From: Fistulifera solaris
Lineage: Eukaryota
NCBI GenBank assembly: GCA_030295235.1
Contig: AP026164.1
Location: forward strand, 1,984,001 to 2,048,000
Reading direction: 5' to 3'
DNA length: 64,000 nt
The position numbers and the translations under genes are program-made. How positions within the stretch are numbered: position 1 is the stretch's first letter; the number at the start of each line of letters is the position of its first letter. A model generated the notes under the pieces. The model was not told the origin of the DNA, did not search any database, and saw only the letters and a program-made list of their open reading frames with translations. Of the stretch, positions 36,410 through 48,017 are shown piece after piece.

Positions 36410-36864
36410 ATCCTTGCCTAGTTCGTGAGCTGATTACGATGGTCAGCTTAAAAATACTATTGAAAGAAGCAACTTTGTGTTACAGAAGGGAAAAAGAGAA
36501 CAAGGAGTTTTCAAGTTGGACGAGGAACCATAAAAGCCTTCCAAACTCAACTGAATGAGTTGCCGAGCAACGTTAACAAGAAAACGTGAACCACGTTTTT
36601 GGTGGTGTCGGTAGGACAACGTTCTTCCTTCTTCCGGGCAAGAGATGCCAAAATTTTAACCTTACCGGTGAAAGAATGGTTCTGGAACAGCCTGGAATTC
36701 GACTGTGTTCTCTGCTTACCTACCAGTACTGGCACATAGCTCCATTTACCTGTGTTGCTCTTGTTCTTTACCCTATACACATGGCATTGGGCAAAAAAGA
36801 ACAATTGATTTTCCTTATCTACTCTCAAGTGATTGTTTTCCTTGCACTTTTTAGGAAAGAGACA

Positions 36865-37964
36865 ATGAATAGTGTGGTAGCGCATGCTATCTCATCATCA
36901 ACCCGACGAGTGGGTACCGCTTCCACGAATGTGCTAGTTCGTGAAGTTTCCTTGCCGGTATGTTTCGCTTTACCGTGAACTCTTGCTAAATCAGTTGGTG
37001 GCTTGTACGTATTCTGATTTTTTTGGTCTTCAATCCACAGTGCGGCGACGGAATCACGATCGCGGGGCAGTTGTATACTTCGGCACATAACAATTCATTG
37101 AAAACGAAGCAGCAGCCTCATCGAGTGTTGTGTTTACATGGTTGGCTCGACAACTGTCACTCGTTTTCTCGCTTAGCACCTCGTTTAGTGGAACACTATT
37201 CGTCCTCCGCGCCAAGAGATGTGGAGCTCGTCGCAATCGACTTTCCTGGACATGGAAAATCATCACACAAACCTGTCGACGGACCACAAGTAGTCCTTTC
37301 CGAAATGATCTATTATGTGGCGGAAGCTGTACGACAGCTGGAATGGACTCGAGAATCGGAAAAATTTAGTCTTATTGGTCATAGCATGGGGGCATCACTT
37401 GCCTCCTTGTATGCCGCTTCCTTTCCCGAACAAATTCGCAGTTTAGTCCTTCTTGACGGTGCTGGTCCACTTTCGAGGCCCGCTCGTGACATTGCAAAAC
37501 ACGTGCGACAGCACGTGCTAAGAAGACAAACTGTATCAAATAAGCCGCCGCGCGTCTATCCATCCATTGAACAAGCTGTCGAAACGCGCTGTCAAACAGC
37601 AAGAAATTTTCCAGGAAATCAGTGGCTCAGTACGGAGGCCGCTCGTGATATGGTAGAGCGTGCGACTATTGTAGAAGAGTCGGGTGGAGTACGATTCGTT
37701 CACGATCCGCGGATGCAGTGGCCTTCGGTGCAATATTTTACCGACGAACAAACGATCTCCGTATTTAAAGACATACAATGTGCCACGGCGCTTCTTTTAG
37801 CAAGGGATGGATGGCCGTTTCCAGACGATCAGTTGAAACAAGTGCTGGATGTACTACTTCCTACGAAGTTCGAGAAGCTGCCAGGGAGTCATCATTTCCA
37901 CGCGGATCCCGACAGTTATCACCGCGTTGCAGAGGAGATCGTCAGTTTCTTGCTCGAGATGTAA
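36865..37964 (+). CDS. Alpha/beta hydrolase (SERHL-like), intron 36958-37040
   Basis: LHGWLDNC.SF, DFPGHGKS, GHSMG nucleophile elbow, GSHHFH. Confidence 0.9.
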
Positions 37965-38097
37965 AATATTAACTTGTAAAGACTGGTTCTTCTCACTTTG
38001 TAGACAATTCGTTACCTGTCAACGTTGTTTGAACCATAGAAGTACAACTGAAAGAATGAAGGTGCATTATTTATCATAGTATACGCACAAGCTGAAT

Positions 38098-38637
38098 CTA
38101 TGATTCAGCTTCGACAGGCGGCGGTGGAAAGGAACCATTCTCGATTTTCTCCAAGGTCCCTGGGAGTCCTACCAGGATAATTTTATCCTTGTCTCGAGCT
38201 TGAATCAACTCAATTCCTTGACTGGCGCCGCTCTGTACGGCAAACTTCTTGAGCTCTGCAAATGTTTCCTCGAGAGGTATCCGGCTATTGTTTACTTTGA
38301 CTTTAACTACGGTGTGAGCGTTCAGTAGTTCACGAAGAGAATTGCCATGAGAGAGAGCCGTGCCTTTCGAACCGATTCGAACCATTGGCTTTTTCACGCT
38401 TCGCCAAGTACGTTCCAGAGCACTGAGCTCCCGAGCACTTTCAGACGGAATCTCATTCAATGTATCCACATTGTCGCTAAACTGCAATATTATCATTGTT
38501 TCTGTATGACAAATCATCTGTTGTGCAATTTTTCGATGTTGGATGGGTTGTAACACGAAGGCCGACAGACTTGTAACAAGTTGGAGTACCAAGATGCACC
38601 ATTCGACGCTCCTGAAAGCTTTTCCGTATGACCTCAT
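38098..38637 (-). CDS. Plastid-targeted CRM/YhbY-like RNA-binding protein
   Basis: Signal peptide + LSA-FVL motif; KPMVRIGSKG...L...L.AHTVVKVKV. Confidence 0.75.
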   Translation of the reverse strand: MRSYGKAFRSVEWCILVLQLVTSLSAFVLQPIQHRKIAQQMICHTETMIILQFSDNVDTLNEIPSESARELSALERTWRSVKKPMVRIGSKGTALSHGNSLRELLNAHTVVKVKVNNSRIPLEETFAELKKFAVQSGASQGIELIQARDKDKIILVGLPGTLEKIENGSFPPPPVEAES

Positions 38638-39126
38638 TGTGTACTTTCGGTCTTTTAGATGTATCGACGATAGCGGAAAGTTTTAGGTTCACTTCTCTGG
38701 GATATGAAATTAGCATCGACGACACCTTGCACTTTTCAAAGAAAATGAAGAAAAAACAAGCGGTGGCGCGAGCTTGCGAAAATGGCGCGGGCTATGGGTG
38801 AGCGGGTGAAGGCAAGACATCACAAACAATCGCATCGGTTATCACAAGTGATCTCTGAAAAATACTTGTAAAGGGTTTAGTTTACCAGGTACGCCGTACC
38901 TGGTACGACTCAGAGAGCGATTGCTATAACGACTCAGCGGAAGATAAAGGCGTTAAAACAAGCCCACTCAGTATATTGTACAAGTACAAGTTATTGAGTA
39001 AAGGTAGGGTACGACGCAAAATCGGCCTCGTCGACTTCATACTCGCATCCGGCACTGAGGATAAAAAATTGTCCATCGGCTTGTAAATCGTGTGATAGAG
39101 ACAATGCGGGAACTTTTAAAACCGCG

Positions 39127-40138
39127 TTACAGGTCCAGATTGCCAAAATCCATGCCGTCATCGCCATCCAAGTCCAAATCGAACAGAGCGTCGTCATCCA
39201 TTAAGTCAAAACCATCGGACGACAACATACTAGCCGCCGCTTGCGTATCTTCATCCACCATCTCGGAGCTGTTATCTTCCGCGATGGCTTTCTTTAATGC
39301 ACCCTGTTGTTTCTTCTCTTTTCGCTTGGCAGCCTTTTTTATTTGTCAATTCCTCTTTCATCCTCCTTTCTTCGTCCTCGGCTTCTTTCATTTCTTGAAT
39401 TACTGAAGGCTTCAACCATATTTCGGGATGAAGACTACAAAGTTGGCTGTCGGTGTCAAATTCAATTCCATGTGGTTGTTTTCCATAATCGCTCATCCAG
39501 GGCTCGTAATCTACCACTTCCTCCTCCACTTCTTCAAGCACTTTAGTCGCAGATGTCAATGTCGGAACTTTCGTAGCTTTATTTCGTTTCCCCTTGTCAT
39601 CTCTAGTCAACTTCTCCATAAGTTCTAATAACTCCGTCTCAACATACGCCGAGGCTGATCGTGGCGGCGGCATCGCCTTGTGCTCTCGTGCGGCAAACCG
39701 CCTTTCCACAATCCTTCGTGTCGGAGGAGTGAGACCGGAATGATAATAATTAAATCCTTCTGGTGGTTTCTCCTCTGCTTCTTCGAGTGCCATATCGTCT
39801 TCGTAGACAATCAGCATTTGTGCAATATCAACGCTTTTGATGTATATGGCGTGATCGTGTGTTTTGTGCAGTTCAACCGGGCAAGGCAGGTTCACCAGCT
39901 TGGCTGGATAGGTCGCTCCATCGCAATGAAAATTCCACAAAGTACCGTTCCTCGCAGCTGTTGGCTCACAACTCACACCCTCCAAGTCTAAATATAAGTC
40001 TTTTGCATTGGCACCGGTGGCTGTACAGGCGGCGGCATCTTCCATATCTTTCATTTTGTCTCGCAAGCGTGCTTCCAGACCTGGTACCAGAACGCGCAGC
40101 ACTAACGTGCGGTCGCGGATGGGAGCTCGGTCGTTCAT
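39127..40138 (-). CDS. TAF7: TFIID subunit TAF7 (frameshift ~39340)
   Basis: LVLRV, YPAKLVNLPCPVELHKT.D....KSVDIAQML, HSGLTPP...VERRF (TAFII55_N); acidic tail in shifted frame. Confidence 0.85.
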
Positions 40139-40395
40139 TTTATTATCTTAAAAATGATAGAGCTGACAAATCAAACATTCAGGTTGGGTTTGAGGATGAA
40201 TATAACAAATAACAACTGAATCATTGCAGCGCGGAGGGGGCCATGGAAACGCAATGGTTTATTTTCCCTACCTGGTATGGAAAAGGAAAGCTCGTCTCGG
40301 TTTTGAACGGCGGGTCGCTCACGAAGGAAATTGATCAAGATGTAGATCGCAGCGGTATATCGAGAGTATTCGAAAAGAGTGTGCAATTTTATGAT

Positions 40396-40403
40396 TTTAT
40401 AAA
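40396..40403 (+). promoter_or_regulatory. TATA box of the U6 (Pol III type 3) promoter
   Basis: tttataaa ~28 nt upstream of the predicted U6 +1 G at 40426. Confidence 0.65.
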
Positions 40404-40425
40404 GCATAAATTTACAACTTCTTGC

Positions 40426-40533
40426 GTCCGGGTTTTACCCGGACATCAAACAAACGCTTAAATATACAGAGAAGATTAGCATGGTCTCTGAACTAAGAAT
40501 GACACGCAAATCGAAGAGAAGCGAACCTTTTTT
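40426..40533 (+). ncRNA. U6: U6 spliceosomal snRNA (divergent ISL)
   Basis: 5' hairpin GUCCGGGU-UUU-ACCCGGAC; UACAGAGAAGAUUAGCAUGG core; AUGACACGCAAAU; GAGAAGCGA complementary to a U2 5' end of the AUCGCUUCUC type; T6 terminator; 108 nt. Confidence 0.93.
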
Positions 40534-40711
40534 GTGTTTTCATCGATTACTAATACTATGATAATGCTACTTTCTTGGCTTTGGAATTTTGTCTCGTTAT
40601 ATTAGACTAGGGTCCTCTATGGTGCAGACGTGTGCTATCTTAGACTTACGCTTCGAACCCGATAATAGCTAAGGTACAGTACCAGGACAAAAAAATGACC
40701 ACACACCCCTT

Positions 40712-41938
40712 TTAGTTTTGAATCTCTCGAACCGGAACGGTCTTCAAGCATTTGTCCCCAATGCCACCACAACTCAAAAATGGTCGGTCTTCTGAATGTT
40801 CATCTCCCCAGCACAATACGGTAGGCCGACATCGTGGACAAACCAGCACCAAGATGCGACACTGAAAACATCGAGACGCGCAATTTTCAGCGGGTGCATG
40901 ACCATTATCATAATCGTCGTGAGGTTCCTCGCATACAAGACAAGAGCCCGTAATGGTATCTCCGTGTACTGGATCTGTCCGACGCCAGTCAAAGACAAAG
41001 TTCTTGCCCTTAAATTGATTGAAGAGTGCATCGTTTGTGGACGCCGCTTCCAAATACTTTTGAATGCCTCCGTGCAATTGATAAATCTGTGGCTTTGTCT
41101 TAATTCCAGAAGATTTAGCCTTGTTGCGCTCTTCCAACAACTGATCCAGGAATTGGGTTGCTCGTTCACATCGTACACCACCGGTACAGAAAGAGAAGAT
41201 ATGACTGCATTTGGCCAAACGATCAATCTGATCGATAAATACCTGGGGTAATTCGGAATATTGACGCGTGTTGGTCAGTAAAGTAGTGGTGTTGGGATAC
41301 CGAAAGTAGCCCACGTTACTTTCGTATACATTGCGACAGTCTAAAAGAACGATGTCGTTTTTGTTGTCGCTGGTGAGGGTAAATAATTTTGCACTCCATT
41401 CTTCAGGAGATAAATGAGGAGCAGGGTGCTTCCCATGTGAAGCTTGCGCAAGGCTCTTTTGATAAATAGACGAAATGGTTGTCGACTCTGGTTGGCGCTT
41501 GTCTTTGCCTCCTCCATTCTTTGAGCGAAAGACACAATCACAATCGATGCTTGTCTGCTTCGCTAGATCAAAAAGAGATACGACTTGATCGGTGGGACGA
41601 ATAGATATTGATGTGAACAGCTGTGATTCTATAGACAGGTCCGTTCTCAAATGGCAGTATTTCATGTCGAGATCCCAATTAGTACCATCCGATCTTGAAC
41701 TCATCAATTCTGTCAAAGATTCCTGTAACTCTTGTTCGTAGCAAATCAGATTTGATTTAGTGCCGGAAAGAACTCCATTGATGCCTTCAGCTGCTACACG
41801 TATCCGACCACACAAATCCAAGCGACTACATGTTTCTTCATGAAAGGCAATGTGATCTTGGACTGCTTCCTCAATAGGAATATAGCAATAATACAGCGCT
41901 ATGCGAAAAACGTCGTGTTTTGTCGGTGCCGTCTCCAT
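40712..41938 (-). CDS. TrhO/YceA-like (TSTD2) rhodanese-domain protein
   Basis: LYYCY, GRIRVAAEGING.LSG, LLDCRNVYE..VGYF, CTGGVRCE, QLHGGIQKY, FKGKNFVFD.R. Confidence 0.9.
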   Translation of the reverse strand: METAPTKHDVFRIALYYCYIPIEEAVQDHIAFHEETCSRLDLCGRIRVAAEGINGVLSGTKSNLICYEQELQESLTELMSSRSDGTNWDLDMKYCHLRTDLSIESQLFTSISIRPTDQVVSLFDLAKQTSIDCDCVFRSKNGGGKDKRQPESTTISSIYQKSLAQASHGKHPAPHLSPEEWSAKLFTLTSDNKNDIVLLDCRNVYESNVGYFRYPNTTTLLTNTRQYSELPQVFIDQIDRLAKCSHIFSFCTGGVRCERATQFLDQLLEERNKAKSSGIKTKPQIYQLHGGIQKYLEAASTNDALFNQFKGKNFVFDWRRTDPVHGDTITGSCLVCEEPHDDYDNGHAPAENCASRCFQCRILVLVCPRCRPTVLCWGDEHSEDRPFLSCGGIGDKCLKTVPVREIQN

Positions 41939-42311
41939 TGCAAAAATAGTCGAAAAGGTAAAGAGTCACAAGGCGAAGCGAACAGCTTCTTTTCAATGAA
42001 TTCTTTTCAATGAAATGAAAAAGTGTGAGGTGCGTGCCTTTTTTTCGCGTGCTTGGTGCTTGTGCTTACTTTTGTGGATGAGCCACGTCACATTAAGGTT
42101 AAGGTTGTATAGTAACACCGAACACCGCAGTCGCAGCGCCGGTCGGACTACCATTTTTTTTTGATCATCGCAGATCGCAGCTCTAGATTGGACGAGACGC
42201 GAGAGATCCGTCAACAGTCAACAGCTCCAATCAAATCCTTCTGTTCTGCTAGAGAGCAAACGGGCACTAACAAAATCTGACAGGCTTAGCGTAAGAAAGG
42301 AACGACAGGTG

Positions 42312-44547
42312 ATGAGCACGAAAGAGGAGACGATGAGCCCCTCTCGGGAAAGGACCCCAATTCAATCGTCAAAGAAACGAAAATTGATGAATGAAAAGCA
42401 GAGTCGACACCATAAGGATGAGAGTACTAGCGACCATGCTGAGATACAGGAACTTCGTCGGAATCTTCCAGTGTACGGTTTTCGTAAAAAGCTGGTCGAA
42501 AGCATCAATGCAAATCCTGAAAACAAAGTGCTCCTGGTCGCCGCCGAAACGGGGTCAGGGAAATCCACTCAAATTCCCGCTTATATGTTACCCTACACGG
42601 GACGCGTGGTCGTCACACAGCCTCGTCGAGTGGCTGCCGTGACACTCGCGAGCCGAGTGGCCCTGGAACATGGCTGCAAGACGGGTCAGCGGGTCGGCTA
42701 CCGTGTTCGATTCGACGATTGCACATCAAGGGAAACGCAACTCATTTACGCCACGGACGGAATGCTACTTCGAGAAGCCATGGCCGATCCGTTGCTGCAA
42801 GCGTACAGTGTAGTTTTTCTTGACGAGTGTCATGAACGCTCGCTACAAACTGATATACTAATAGGCGTTGTACATTGTGCGCGCAAAGCGCGGAAAGCCA
42901 AACGAATGGAAGCCCTACAATTAGTCTTGATGTCTGCAACATTGGAAATCAACAAATTCAAAGAATTCTTTGGGTATAACAATATAACTGTGGTGAAAAT
43001 TCCTGGTCGTCAGTATTCTGTACAGACATTATATGCGAAGAGCCCGGTAGATGATTATATGGAGGCAACATTGGCGACTATAGTCCAGATTCACACCCAT
43101 GAGCTTCCTGGAGACATTCTCGTGTTTTTAACCGGACAGGATGAAATCGAAAACATAGCGCGCTTACTGCGACAAGTCTTACAGGAAGGAAACGAACTGA
43201 GTAAGCAGCAGTGGACAGGGGATCAAGTTCAGTCACTTCGGGATATGCAAGACATGCCATCGTCGCATTCAGTTGTTAATGAAGTCTCCATTTGTCCTTT
43301 ATATGCTGCTCTCCCACCTGAACAGCAACTGCTTGCATTCGAGGAGAAACCACCGGGCTGTTCTCGAAAGATTGTTCTAGCAACGAACATAGCCGAAACG
43401 TCGGTCACCATTCCCGATATAAAATACGTTGTAGATACAGGGAAGCACAAATGTCGTCAAGTCCTTTCAACAGGGATGGAAACGCTACAGATTCACGACA
43501 TCAGTCAAGCGCAAGCAGCGCAGCGAGCTGGGCGTGCGGGGCGTGTTCAAGCCGGGTTTTGCTTTCGCCTGTTTACGGAAGATGCCTTTACAAAGCTTCC
43601 GGAGGCAAGCCTTCCTGAAATATTGCGGGTTAGTCTCTCTCAAGTGGTCTTGCAGCTGAAGGGTATGGGCATAGAAGATCCGCGAGAGTTCGACTTTGTA
43701 ACTCCTCCAGAAACGGATGGCCTTCGTCGTGCCGTCGAACTTCTTTACGCATTGCAAGCATTGGATGAGAAGCTTAAACTGACAGATTACGGGAAGAAGC
43801 TTGCCAACCTACCTCTCGATCCTATGTATGCTCACTTACTACTCCAAAGTACTGTTTATTCCTGCACGAGGGAGATATTGACTGTTGTCGCAGTTTTATC
43901 CTCAGATCATTTACTTTTCCGACCAAACAGTGAGCTCGCAGCAAAAGCAGTCGCTGCGCATCGTCGGTTTGCGAGCCATGAGGGCGACTTCCCGACTTAC
44001 TTGAATGTGTACAATTCATGGCAAAATGAGGCCATTTATGTGCCGGCATCCGCAGGGTATAAAAGCGCAAACTAAAGTTTGGCGTCGGGACTCGACAAAA
44101 AGGCTTCTTCACTTGGACTGGTGTCACCAGAACTTTGTTTCTAGTCGGTCGCTTGTCCGCGCATTTGACATTCGTCAACAATTAGAACAGCTGTGTTCTA
44201 GCTCTCGCACTGGGTTGAACATAGATACAACAACATCATGTGGGAAAGATCAAATCAGATTTTTGAAATGCATTGCTGCTGGCTTGTTTTTACAAGCTGC
44301 TGGTCGACAAGTGGCTCCCGAGATATCTGGAGCAGGGCGCGTTGGATCATCGCACGGAAAGTACCTTACCACGATAGGAAAAGAAAGTGTGTCGATCCAC
44401 CCTACCAGTCTCATGTTTGGCCGACAACCCCCGCCATCATGGGTTGTTTATTCTGAACTCATCGCTACGAAGAGGATTTATATTCGGGGCGTGACTCAGA
44501 TCAAAGAAGAATGGCTAAAAGAGGTCGCCCCGAATTTTTACCGCTAA
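42312..44547 (+). CDS. DEAH-box RNA helicase (DHX33/Prp-like), frameshift ~44065
   Basis: ETGSGKSTQ, TQPRRVAA, DECHER, MSAT, TNIAETS, QRAGRAGR, HA2 and OB-fold IHPTS. Confidence 0.92.
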
Positions 44548-44570
44548 TAACTTCAGCTTACAAATGATAT

Positions 44571-45106
44571 TTATACGGAATCCCACTTGAATTCTATGTT
44601 TGATACCGAAACAGCTAAATCATTGTCAGCATCGTAATCAGCCCAATCACCTTCGCTGAAGTCCACTGCCTCGGTATCAAACTCGTATCCACCTTCACTT
44701 GTAGCTGTAAATTCCTGTCCCATCGGGAAGAAAGCGAAAGGCTCCAACCCGCGACATTCTACAGCTAAGATAGGTACAAAGTTGCCGCTATCTTCTGACG
44801 AGTAAGCATCTTTCGGTAAGACCGACCCTTTCTTCTTTTGAGAATTGTTTTGATCTGTTCCGCCGTCAACACGGTGAGCGTGCTTCTCTTTTGCTGCCCT
44901 CCCAGCTAAGGGCAAAATTATGATCTGGTTCTTTCGAATTTTCTGCTTGTTCCACAAATTCGGTCGGATTAACAATGATTTTCTCGCGTACCTCAAAAAT
45001 CAGAAAGAGGATTTTTAACGCTGAGTCTCAGATTCTCGTCCTTTTTTAGTTGCAGCGAGGCAATGTTTTCCAAGTCGGCTTTCATAAATAGCATAAAAAC
45101 GACCAT
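44571..45106 (-). CDS. DUF866/C1orf123 (CZIB)-like protein, two frameshifts
   Basis: MVVFMLFMKADLENI; ECRGLEP..F.P...F.A.SE.G..F....DFSEGDWADYD......VSV. Confidence 0.8.
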
Positions 45107-45351
45107 GGTTGATGTCCTTTTGCTCACTCCGAAAACAGTGCTACCGTATGGTCAGGGATTATAATCGTGTTGATCCAAAGCACTTGTTTGTTCTCGGATG
45201 AAAAAGCTTCGATTTTGTTCTCGTTGTGATACTTGATACTTACACCCACCTCCCACCATTGTCTTTCCGCATCATCATCGCGATGATGTTGATGATGATG
45301 ATGATTCGTCTCACGCGTCGCGCGATCGATGCGATCTGTCCTTCAGACCGT

Positions 45352-45435
45352 CTGGGAAGGACGTTAAAATTCTGCCTCCCAGTACAAGATTCTACGTAGC
45401 GTCTACGACGAGGCAGAATTTTAACGCCGTTCCCT
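45352..45435. repeat. Dispersed stem-loop element, copy 1
   Basis: 17 bp perfect inverted repeat cgttaaaattctgcctc / gaggcagaattttaacg; near-identical to 57979-58056. Confidence 0.85.
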
Positions 45436-45712
45436 GTGCGACTGCGAAAATCCACGTCAGCAGTCAGCTACTCTCGTTTTATTCCGCGTGTTTAGTATCT
45501 GCCGAAAAGAACCATTCGTTACCAGTACGATCTTTCCATGTACAATGCGAATGGTGCGGCTGGAACCAAGAAAACAAAAACATCTGCTGTCGTCCGTGGT
45601 GCATCGAAACGAAGCCGTACGTGGTCCCATTGTATTTGGCATCTATTATTTCTTGCGATCAGGACTGCTGTACCGCTATTCAACATAATCAGGGTTGGTT
45701 TTTAGTTTCGAG

Positions 45713-46394
45713 ATGAACAGTAGCGCGGACGAATCGGACTCGGGGCTCCTCTTCCTGACTTTCGCACGCAAGGGCTCCAGTTGCAAACGATTGCTCCTGC
45801 TTTGGGGGTCATCAACCAGAAGGCTTCGCCCGATTATCTTGACTATGATGTAAAAGGACGAGGAATATTCAGTACCATGTTTGCGAATAGCGGAATGGCG
45901 TATTTACTCGGAATATCAGCGGGGGGAATTTACGGTTTTCGACAAGGGTTGGCCGCTACTCCTTCGACACGGTTCCGAGTTCAAGTGAATTCAGTTCTCA
46001 ATCATTGTGGAAGATACGGGAGTCGAGCAGGAAACGCACTTGGTGTATTCGCCGTCTTGTATTCATTCTACGAGGGAGTTTCAGATCGCGTAAGTATCTT
46101 TTATCTCTGTTGTCGTTAGCGAACATTGCCTCATTTCCTGGCTTGTGTCTCCGTAATGTACAATAGTATGAACCAGAAGAACTACTTGGGCTAACGAGAC
46201 AATACCCCTCTCTTGCAGCGTTTATCTCTCCAGTGTTTGGTGCTACAATGGCTTCGGCTACTTATTATGCACCTTCGGGAATACGTGTAGCCGCTCTGGC
46301 TGGCGGTCTCGGAGCAGCAAGCGTTGCTGTTACTTACGGAGGTTACAAAATGCTGGGAATTCCTTACGGCAAACTTGGCTTTTTATTTCTTTAA
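45713..46394 (+). CDS. TIM23: Mitochondrial translocase Tim23 (Tim17/22/23 family), intron ~46090-46166
   Basis: PDYL...RG....F.N.G.AYLLG...GG.YG...G......RF...NSVLN..GRYGSR.GN.LGV.A.LYS. Confidence 0.85.
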
Positions 46395-46505
46395 TTATCG
46401 CGATTCTCAAGAACTGTCATCCCGATGAATGCATAGAATTTGACTTGTCGTAGAATTGTTTTTCTGGCAAATAAGAGTCAGAAACGGTATCTATTTTTTA
46501 TGATA

Positions 46506-47550
46506 TTACTGCATTTGTTGTAAACGTTTTAAATGGATGCGCATGGAAACTGCACTTCGCAAGGCGTCATCCAATAGGCCGGTGAATAGGCTCTCGTCAT
46601 CCTCCAATGTTGTTGACCAGTGTGGATCGACGAGGTCCCAGTCAAGCAAATCATCGGCTGGATTGTCTGTCAGCCAAAATCCGTATCTGTCGAACAAGTC
46701 TAGACAGGTTGCCCTTCCATCATTGTAGCCTATCGTTACCTGTTCTCCGGGTTCAATGTCTCGCGTTGCCACTAGAGCGTGCATGGATTCATCGTCAGCG
46801 TCGGGTATGATGATTGACTCTACCTCGACATTTGGATCAATGTCATGATTGGCCATGTCAACAAAAGGCACCAACATTCGTCGGAGACGATTCGTCATTC
46901 CCTCCGTCTTGTGATATCATTTGAACGGTGGTGAATCTCCGAGAACGCACTATCCACGTAGCCCATTTTAGTTCTGCTGGATCAATCCTGGTTCTCTCGG
47001 CGACAACGGCGATTTCATGTTGCCTCTCCAGACAGTCGCTGATCAAGCTAGGTATTTCGAGTTCTTTGACGATGTCTGGGTCCCAAAAATCTGGGGTTGC
47101 ATCGAAGTTGCGATCATTTATCTTGGGTAAGCAGTTCAAATAAGGCTCCCAATGTGGATCAATTGCGTATGTTGTTAAAAAGTTGATAGCTTCTTGAATA
47201 TCTTCATTGTCAGAAACAGCTTGGCTGCCGTCATTTAGGCTGTCAGAGATCGTCAAGGACGAAGTGATCGGTATGGCCAAGATAAATTCGCCTGCCATTA
47301 TTGGTTCTTCACCGCAGAATAAGCCTCTACACGATGATTCCCTGTCGATGTCAACCTTGAGCCGGCTCAGGCCCTCACACTCCATTCCTTCCAAAAATTT
47401 CTCCAGTTTGTCAAAGCGATCGGATTCGTCCTGAGAAATTGATTTCGAACCAAATAATGGTTTGTTGAGGCGTTCTTTCGTCTGACTGTGGGAAAAGGCA
47501 GAGAAAAAGCTACCGGTAGTGGACGATAATAGCCAGACCTTGTAAATCAT
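46506..47550 (-). CDS. SET-domain (Rubisco LSMT-like) methyltransferase, likely plastid-targeted; frameshift ~46895
   Basis: RGLF, W.PYL..LP, WA..IVRSR, LVPFVDMANH, ATRDI.PGEQVTIGY, YGF; FSA-F motif. Confidence 0.85.
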
Positions 47551-48017
47551 CAACAGCTTCCAAGGGGCACGATTAGTTTTCAAGCCTCGGATCATTGGAG
47601 GACAGGATGCAAAGGTGCCAAAGTCAATGTCTATGGAGGATGATGCCGCAATCAGCAATCAGAAGCAACACATCAAGGAAGGATCGACAAATTATTTTCT
47701 TCCTTGGTTCTTCGACTACTTCGACATTTCATTAGTCGTGTCGTAGCGGCTGCTATTTTCTAAAGGAGTGACAATTACTTAGTACTACGTGACAACAATT
47801 GCTGTGTCAGCCAGTTAGTTAAGTCACGGTTAGGGAAGTCGGATCCGTTTGATTTTGATCAACACCATAGCCATTTTCTTTCTTGCGATATTGAAAGTTG
47901 ACCTCCAAGATGACGATTACACTATACTCAAGAATAATTGATAAAACATAGTATTACACATTCACGTCTCTAGATTTAGGGAAAAGAAAAATGGGGTAGG
48001 TCACATCAAAGAACGAC

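Noticed and set aside
40426..40444. GC-rich hairpin as a Helitron 3' end or terminator
   Set aside because: No downstream CTRR; fully explained as the U6 5' stem-loop
40426..40533. U6atac (minor spliceosome) interpretation
   Set aside because: Has the major-type ACAGAGA box and 5' stem-loop, not the U6atac AAGGAGA box
15601..44547. Apparent cluster of RNA-processing genes (SERRATE, Alba, CRM, U6, DEAH)
   Set aside because: Interspersed with unrelated genes; expected by chance in a compact genome
45269..45335. (CAT)n-CGCG-(ATG)n palindrome and CG-rich tract
   Set aside because: Low-complexity microsatellite symmetry; no evidence of function, though it abuts the hairpin element
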